Source of the DNA: a virus
Taxonomy: Duplodnaviria > Caudoviricetes
Virus record (IMG/VR): IMGVR_UViG_3300036802_000112
Coordinates: 96,001 to 160,000 of that record
Strand: one strand, 5' to 3'
Length of the DNA stretch: 64,000 nucleotides
The number at the start of each line of letters is the position of its first letter. The first letter of the stretch is position 1. Positions 58,246-64,000 of the stretch are shown one piece after another. The translations under genes were made by a program, and so were the position numbers. Under the pieces are notes generated by a model that saw only the letters and a program-made list of their open reading frames with translations, searched no databases and was not told the DNA's origin.

Positions 58246-60716
58246 TACAACTTCACTCCATTCTGTTCTAATGTATGTTTTACTCCTTCTGGATTCAATT
58301 GACTCTTAGGTTTAGCACCATTGTTATTCAGTAATTTACCGAATACAAACGCATCTACCATCCGTCCAGGGATAGAACCTGTGAAGGCTCTATTATCAGC
58401 AATTGTATCTAGAACAAGCGTATTTACAAAGTCACTAGATGCTTCTTTTACTTGTCCATGTACATATTCTGCCGCTGACTTTAAGAATAGACCTTTTGCA
58501 TAACTTGGTAAACCTACATGATCCAATAATTCTTGTGCTTCTTTATCCATATTGCCAACTGATAATAACGTAGCTAATTTAAGTCCAGCTACTTCGTCAG
58601 GAGTCATTCCACTTTCAGAAGCAAACTTCGTCATGAATTCTTCGTTGAATGCATTGAAGTTCCCAATCGGATATTCAGATGCTTCTTTTACCAACTCTTC
58701 GAATTCCTGCATTGCACTTAACTTTAACGCACCCTTCGCTTTATTGATTGCTTCAGGGAAATCTTTCATAAGCACTTTGCTAACAGGCTTACCTGCAATT
58801 GCTGCACCTAAAGTTGTAACTCCCGGACGATCCGCAATGAAGTTCTCAGCATCAGAAAGGTTACGACCATTTTCACGACGATTCTTTTCGAACATACTAG
58901 CTCCGTACGCAAGTGGAGCTGTAATACCTAGTAACTTCATCGTTCCTAGACCACCAGCTTTTTTACGTCGAATGATAGCTTCCGCTTCTTCCCGTTGTAG
59001 TCGTTTACCTTCTGAAACACCATTATTATATAACATTTGTTCTTGCATGCCATTGAACGGATTAGAGAATGCAGCAGTCTTTTCTAACTCACTATCTAAG
59101 TATTGAGCCATTTTCACTAGTCTCGTCACTCGGATATTCGGGCGCATGTTTTGGTAGTTACGATAAGCAAGTGTACCTAATATGTCACCTAATGTTTTAG
59201 GGTTAACCATCATATCGATATCTCGTCTTACATCACTTCCACCAATCAATGAATGACCGCCACTTAATACCGCAGATAAACGAGGAATTAAGTACTCAGG
59301 TCCTTGACTTCTCATTTCTAAGAACGGACTCATTGTACGTCTTACAATTTTAACTACTCGTGTAGATGGAACTTCATCTAAGTCATCATGAGTAGGAAGA
59401 CTTCCAATGAATGATAATGGATCACTATTAAAACCACTCATATCATGAGCGCTTTCATCATACAACTCAGTTAATCCAGACGGGTCGTTCATATCAGGTA
59501 ATTGTTCTGTCGCTAAAGAAGTAACCTTAAATGCTTTTGAAACATCAGAAGGATATACCTCTTCATCTCCCGAAGGAGATAGACTTAATTCAGGTCTGAA
59601 ATGCGCATCAGTTAATCCAGATAAAATCGTGTGTAGTTCCCCAGGGAAAAATTCGATACCCATTAATTCAGAAATACCTAAGAACGTAGAGAATACACGA
59701 TGTTCAGAAAGCCCCTCTTCTTCCGCTAACTCTTTTAATGTACCTGCAATACTATTTAGCGATTCATCATCGAAACGCTTCTCAGTAAGGAATTTGATAA
59801 GTCTCAGCATGTTACCTGCATTCTCTGTATCTTCCTCTGTAGGAATTGTAGAAATATTAACTAACTTACCTGTTAGTTCTTTTTCTAATTCCGCTAACTT
59901 TTGCATCATTACGTTTTTGTGTGATGCCACTTTTTCTACATTCTTTTGTACTAGAGGATGCAGTTCTTGTTCGTAGCTAGCCACTTTGTCCATTTCGTAA
60001 TCACTTAAACGAACGAAACGTGTCTTACCATTTTCAGAAGCAACCTTTTTGAATGATGATTTAGATTCACCTGCACCAGAATCAAATACAACCAATGCTT
60101 TCGCTACACGTTCTGCGCCGTTTAATACAGCAGAAGAATCATGGAACTTAGGGCTATGGTTAATCTCGTATACACGCTCACCGTTACCTAAGTACTGCAT
60201 ACGATAATGTCTAACGTGGTCGCAGAATTCTCGTTGTGTACGAGCTTTATTACCACATACAGAACAAATTGTGTATGGTACTCGGCAACCCATTGATACG
60301 TCAGTTAAGTAACCCTTTTCGAAACCTCTTACGATTTCAGGTGCTAACTTCTTATCGATGCTCTTGAAAATCTCTACGCATTTCATGATAGGATTCCAAC
60401 GCACAGAAATGATTTCACCGATAGCTTGCTCAATCTTTTTGTTCTCGTGGTTTTTGAATACATGACCTTCATTGAACGTTTCGTAAGAGTTAACTAATTC
60501 GCTCTCAGGGAAGTAGTCACCGTTTTTGTTCGGGCCATAATACTCACCTGCACTGATGATTCGAACCCACAAGTACATGAAGTCAGGGTCGAATGTGAAA
60601 CCTTCAGGTAAATCCACATGAGAACTTGCTACTTTTTCTAAGTGCTCAGTACTTGCAACATTGTACAATTCGTACTCAGCGATTGTGGAAGGGATTGTTT
60701 TATCAAAACCGTTCAC
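58245..60716 (-). CDS. Prohead (capsid maturation) protease with Zn finger and long C-terminal extension
   Basis: NKNGDYFP, FKNH, DVSMGCRVPYTICSVCGN...CDH. Confidence 0.8.
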   Translation of the reverse strand: MNGFDKTIPSTIAEYELYNVASTEHLEKVASSHVDLPEGFTFDPDFMYLWVRIISAGEYYGPNKNGDYFPESELVNSYETFNEGHVFKNHENKKIEQAIGEIISVRWNPIMKCVEIFKSIDKKLAPEIVRGFEKGYLTDVSMGCRVPYTICSVCGNKARTQREFCDHVRHYRMQYLGNGERVYEINHSPKFHDSSAVLNGAERVAKALVVFDSGAGESKSSFKKVASENGKTRFVRLSDYEMDKVASYEQELHPLVQKNVEKVASHKNVMMQKLAELEKELTGKLVNISTIPTEEDTENAGNMLRLIKFLTEKRFDDESLNSIAGTLKELAEEEGLSEHRVFSTFLGISELMGIEFFPGELHTILSGLTDAHFRPELSLSPSGDEEVYPSDVSKAFKVTSLATEQLPDMNDPSGLTELYDESAHDMSGFNSDPLSFIGSLPTHDDLDEVPSTRVVKIVRRTMSPFLEMRSQGPEYLIPRLSAVLSGGHSLIGGSDVRRDIDMMVNPKTLGDILGTLAYRNYQNMRPNIRVTRLVKMAQYLDSELEKTAAFSNPFNGMQEQMLYNNGVSEGKRLQREEAEAIIRRKKAGGLGTMKLLGITAPLAYGASMFEKNRRENGRNLSDAENFIADRPGVTTLGAAIAGKPVSKVLMKDFPEAINKAKGALKLSAMQEFEELVKEASEYPIGNFNAFNEEFMTKFASESGMTPDEVAGLKLATLLSVGNMDKEAQELLDHVGLPSYAKGLFLKSAAEYVHGQVKEASSDFVNTLVLDTIADNRAFTGSIPGRMVDAFVFGKLLNNNGAKPKSQLNPEGVKHTLEQNGVKL

Positions 60717-60751
60717 AGCATCTCAACTCCTTTTTATATCGTTCTAAAAAA

Positions 60752-60762
60752 AGTATAGCACA
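60752..60762 (-). promoter_or_regulatory. Extended -10 element upstream of the head operon
   Basis: TGTGCTATACT on the minus strand. Confidence 0.45.
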
Positions 60763-60849
60763 CGTTGTATAGCAGGAGAATAAACGAATACAGAAGGCAA
60801 AAAAATAACTGCGCCCCGAAGGGCACAGTATATGTTTTGTTTCCAAATT

Positions 60850-61332
60850 TTAGAAGGGTAAGTCGTCGTCCGAGATATCAATTGGTTGTCCAACATTACT
60901 AAACGGGTCATCGTTTTTGTTTTGATTACCAAAACCGTTACCTTGACCTTGATTGCTAAATCCGCTATTTCCTTGATTGCTGAAATCACCGTTACCACGC
61001 GCTTCAGTTGTATTTCGCGGCTCTAAAAACTGTACGCTCTCCGCAAGAACTTCTGTTACATATACACGCTTGCCATCTTGCCCATCATAGTTACGAGTTT
61101 GAAGACGTCCATCAACACCAGCTAAACTACCTTTCTTTAGATACTTAGCTACGTTCTCTGCTTGTTTACGCCAAATTACACAGTTGATAAAATCAGCTTC
61201 ACGATCACCTTGTTGATTTGCAAATGCACGATTTACAGCTAGTGTAAAAGTAGCCACTGCAATTCCATTTGGTGTGTAACGTAAATCAGGATCTTTCGTT
61301 AGTCGTCCTACTAAAATCACTCTATTCATCAT
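60850..61332 (-). CDS. ssb: Single-stranded DNA-binding protein, bacterial type
   Basis: [23 protein letters not shown]...DISDDDLPF, Bacillus SsbA-like. Confidence 0.95.
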   Translation of the reverse strand: MMNRVILVGRLTKDPDLRYTPNGIAVATFTLAVNRAFANQQGDREADFINCVIWRKQAENVAKYLKKGSLAGVDGRLQTRNYDGQDGKRVYVTEVLAESVQFLEPRNTTEARGNGDFSNQGNSGFSNQGQGNGFGNQNKNDDPFSNVGQPIDISDDDLPF

Positions 61333-61525
61333 AATCAATCTCTCCGTTTCTTTTCTTTAAATGTGGATATTTCGTTGCAAAGTATCTTTCTATTTCTTCT
61401 TTCTCCATGTAGTACGTAACCACTTCGCTCGGCTTAATATTTTGTTCTACACTTCGTTTCCCGACTCCGTACGGTTTCTTGCCATAATGTGTTCGTACTT
61501 GTCTAACCAATTTTTGTAACACCAC
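61322..61525 (-). CDS. Hypothetical small protein
   Basis: 67 aa ORF overlapping the ssb start. Confidence 0.5.
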   Translation of the reverse strand: MVLQKLVRQVRTHYGKKPYGVGKRSVEQNIKPSEVVTYYMEKEEIERYFATKYPHLKKRNGEIDYDE

Positions 61526-61587
61526 CCATCATTTCGGTATGATTTAATTATTACCACCCAAATGATGAATGCACAAGCTACATATCG

Positions 61588-62118
61588 TTATTTCTTACAC
61601 CAGCGATGAATAACAGTTTGGAGGATATTTGCATTCATTTCAAAATCATCCATATCGTTGTTCGGAATTAACATATCATAGTCCGTAAACTTAGGGAAAA
61701 TTTCACCATCGTGCTTCACTCGTTCTCTTGCATGTTCTTCATTTCGAGACATACGCATACGACCAAAACATACACGCGCATCTACATTTAAGAAAATAAC
61801 AAACAGGTTTCCTCTACCTACTGTTAATTTCAAATCTTCTACGCCAGAAGGATCAACCACGTACAAATCGTTCTTTTCAATTTGTTCCATCGTCGCTCCG
61901 TATTCATGACCAGCAAATTCAGTGTATGCAACTAAATTAGAACGAATGCTTTCGAACTCTTCTTCCGATACGAACGTTCGGCTATTTTCATCTTCGAAAC
62001 GTCTTTCTCGTGTTGTGTAACTCTTTAACACTTTGTAACCTCTACTTGTTAATTCATCCTCAAGCTTCGTTTTACCACTACCACTTGCACCAACTAAACA
62101 CACTATTTTCCTAGACAT
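61588..62118 (-). CDS. gmk: Guanylate kinase-like protein
   Basis: GASGSGKT, SYTTR, F.GHEYG. Confidence 0.8.
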   Translation of the reverse strand: MSRKIVCLVGASGSGKTKLEDELTSRGYKVLKSYTTRERRFEDENSRTFVSEEEFESIRSNLVAYTEFAGHEYGATMEQIEKNDLYVVDPSGVEDLKLTVGRGNLFVIFLNVDARVCFGRMRMSRNEEHARERVKHDGEIFPKFTDYDMLIPNNDMDDFEMNANILQTVIHRWCKK

Positions 62119-62203
62119 AAAAAAACACCCTTTCTGTATTTATACATTTTGCTTTTAACAAAGCAACTTTTTAAAATGCTATTAAAGAGAAAAATGACGA
62201 GTA

Positions 62204-63163
62204 TTACACTTCGTCATTTTTACGGTATAAATATAATTGTACGTTACCTAAACCATAAACTTTATCCGTCCATTCACCATTTGCATTTTCAACAGCTTCA
62301 CGAACCATGTACATTTTCGCATCTAGGTTATCTAAGAAGTGTAAGAATACCGCTTCTGGCATTTGTGGTTGTTTCGGGCTTCCCCACTCAGCTTTGTCGT
62401 GATGACTTACCACTAAATGTTGCAACGCTTCTTTTGTATCTTGAGGTGTGTTGTACTTTGCAGCCATTTGTTCAATCAACATAACGCCTTGTACAAGGTG
62501 TCCAAGTAATTTACCACCTCTTGTGTATTCCGTAACCGAGCCATGATCTGCATTCGTTTCAGTTGTCTTCTCAATGTCATGCAAGATGATACCTGCATAT
62601 ACTAAATCTTTATTTAAGAAAGGATACATCGGTAATAACGATTCAGCTAAACGTAACATAGATAATTCGTGGAATAACAATCCGCCGTAAATAGCGTGAT
62701 GCATACCTTTCGCAGCAGGATATGTTTTCAAATCATCTTGTCGTAATGTCACTGCACCACCAACAACCGAACGGATATCAGTATCCTCGATTTTCTTTCC
62801 AAACTCAATTAGTTCCGTAAACATTTCATCAATCGAAATCGGAGCAGACTTGATGAACTCAGATAACTCTTTTTGTCCTTTTGGAACTGTTTTGATTTGA
62901 GATACTTTCAATTGGATTTTTCCATCCCATTCAGCACCCATCCCAACAACATAAACGATTCTATTATCCAGTAATTCTTTCTCGTTCTTAATAAGTTCAG
63001 CTTCCCAAACTTTCGCTAACACTTCGCCTGTAGCATCTTGTAGCCAAACATCATAGTAATCGGTTTTCTTAACTGTTTGTTGTTTCTCCATACTTTTAAT
63101 CAAATAAAAACCATGTGACTTTTCGCCTACTTTAATGTCTTTTACTTTATCATGCACCGTCAT
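62204..63163 (-). CDS. yhaM: 3'-5' exoribonuclease YhaM (OB plus HD domains)
   Basis: LQDATGEV.AKVW, YPAAKGMHHA..GGL, ILHD, GHL, SHH, LDNLDAKM. Confidence 0.9.
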   Translation of the reverse strand: MTVHDKVKDIKVGEKSHGFYLIKSMEKQQTVKKTDYYDVWLQDATGEVLAKVWEAELIKNEKELLDNRIVYVVGMGAEWDGKIQLKVSQIKTVPKGQKELSEFIKSAPISIDEMFTELIEFGKKIEDTDIRSVVGGAVTLRQDDLKTYPAAKGMHHAIYGGLLFHELSMLRLAESLLPMYPFLNKDLVYAGIILHDIEKTTETNADHGSVTEYTRGGKLLGHLVQGVMLIEQMAAKYNTPQDTKEALQHLVVSHHDKAEWGSPKQPQMPEAVFLHFLDNLDAKMYMVREAVENANGEWTDKVYGLGNVQLYLYRKNDEV

Positions 63164-63173
63164 TTTTATTCAC

Positions 63174-63569
63174 CTATTTCTTTTTATCTTTTTTCTTCTT
63201 CTCTACCTTAACAAGTCTTACGGATGTTCTACGTTCTTCATGCGTATACTTGTTACGTTTATATTGGTCAAAACTATATTTACGTTCATCGATTTTTTTC
63301 ATGATAACTTCTGGCTTAACATTCTCTTCTGTTAAATCCAACTCTTCAGCAATTGCTTCTCTATTTAATTTTGTTTGACGATTTAAGCCACTTTCAACTT
63401 TTATATCATGCGTTTCACTAAATGGATATCTAACAACAGATTCACCGCTATCTCGCATGATTTTATCAATAATTTGTTTTTCTTGATGTATCTTTTCCTC
63501 AAGGCTTTTCTTTTCATTAATAAGATTAATCAACCGTTCAGAGTGAAAATGTAATTTATCTTCTGTCAT
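63174..63569 (-). CDS. Hypothetical protein with basic C-terminus
   Basis: 131 aa ORF with AAGGGG SD. Confidence 0.65.
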   Translation of the reverse strand: MTEDKLHFHSERLINLINEKKSLEEKIHQEKQIIDKIMRDSGESVVRYPFSETHDIKVESGLNRQTKLNREAIAEELDLTEENVKPEVIMKKIDERKYSFDQYKRNKYTHEERRTSVRLVKVEKKKKDKKK

Positions 63570-63721
63570 TGTAATTCCCCTTTCGCTTCGTCTATAAATA
63601 ATACTACTACAAACAAGTTGTTAGGTCTAGAAAAAAATCTTCATTTCTAGTTATAAGCAAATTGACAGATAAACATACTATTTTATAAGGTACCAACCAA
63701 TAAAAAATAGGAGGAATGTTT

Positions 63722-64000
63722 ATGTTAGTTGCAATGACAAGCGGAGAATTACTAGCACTTATAACGCTAGTAATTCTCATATTTTCTATTTACTTTCATG
63801 TAAAGAAGAAAACGAAAGTCATCCCGGTTATCGCAGAGACAGTGGAGGATGTTAATAAAGAAATTGATTACGATTCCGCCCAACAGCATAACGAACGGTT
63901 AAGACGACAACGTAGACATGTAGACGATGTAAAAGTCTACATTTCCTTCCAAGAGCCTTCAGCAAAGATTGAAGAAGCTGAAGAACCAGAAAAGAAAAAG
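63722..64000 (+). CDS. Partial membrane-anchored protein (runs off the window)
   Basis: AGGAGG SD; MLVAMTSGELLALITLVILIFSIYF TM; weak motif copy TAGTTATAAGCAAATTGA at 63648-63665. Confidence 0.65.
   Translation, partial: MLVAMTSGELLALITLVILIFSIYFHVKKKTKVIPVIAETVEDVNKEIDYDSAQQHNERLRRQRRHVDDVKVYISFQEPSAKIEEAEEPEKKK

Noticed and set aside
1-64000. tRNA/rRNA genes, introns, inteins, homing endonucleases, integrase, portal, terminase
   Set aside because: None recognised by eye; intergenic spaces are short. A tRNAscan/HMM run would be needed to exclude them fully

Overview
The window is part of a large, low-GC lytic myovirus genome, most likely infecting the Bacillus cereus group (it carries a host-like ssb). 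Plus strand, 3.7-28.6 kb: early and replication genes, including an Mre11/SbcD nuclease, DnaJ, a Rad50/SbcC split into separate genes at its zinc hook, two diverged beta-clamp-like genes, a primase-helicase, an SF2 helicase and a P-loop protein. Several A-rich single-gene cassettes there follow a recurring non-canonical motif, TTGTTATAAGTAAAGTGA. Minus strand, 28.7-60.7 kb: a contractile-tail morphogenesis module (prohead protease, scaffold, capsid, neck, sheath, tube, frameshifted tail chaperone, tape measure, two paralogous baseplate hubs with different cell-wall hydrolases, baseplate, fibres, holin). Further minus-strand genes are ssb, a gmk-like gene and yhaM at the right end, and a sigma factor at the left end. 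No portal or terminase was recognised. The most striking feature is a 6-kb array (13338-19348) of 14 tightly coupled, highly diverged, acidic paralogous ORFs. All end in VW-stop (12 EVW, 1 SVW, 1 PVW), those codons often double as the next gene's ribosome-binding site, and the array sits between the two clamp-like genes. A second candidate system is a K-x-A motif repeated through the head proteins and also present in the sigma factor's N-terminal leader, suggesting a virion-packaged sigma factor. All product calls come from visual motif recognition, not database searches.
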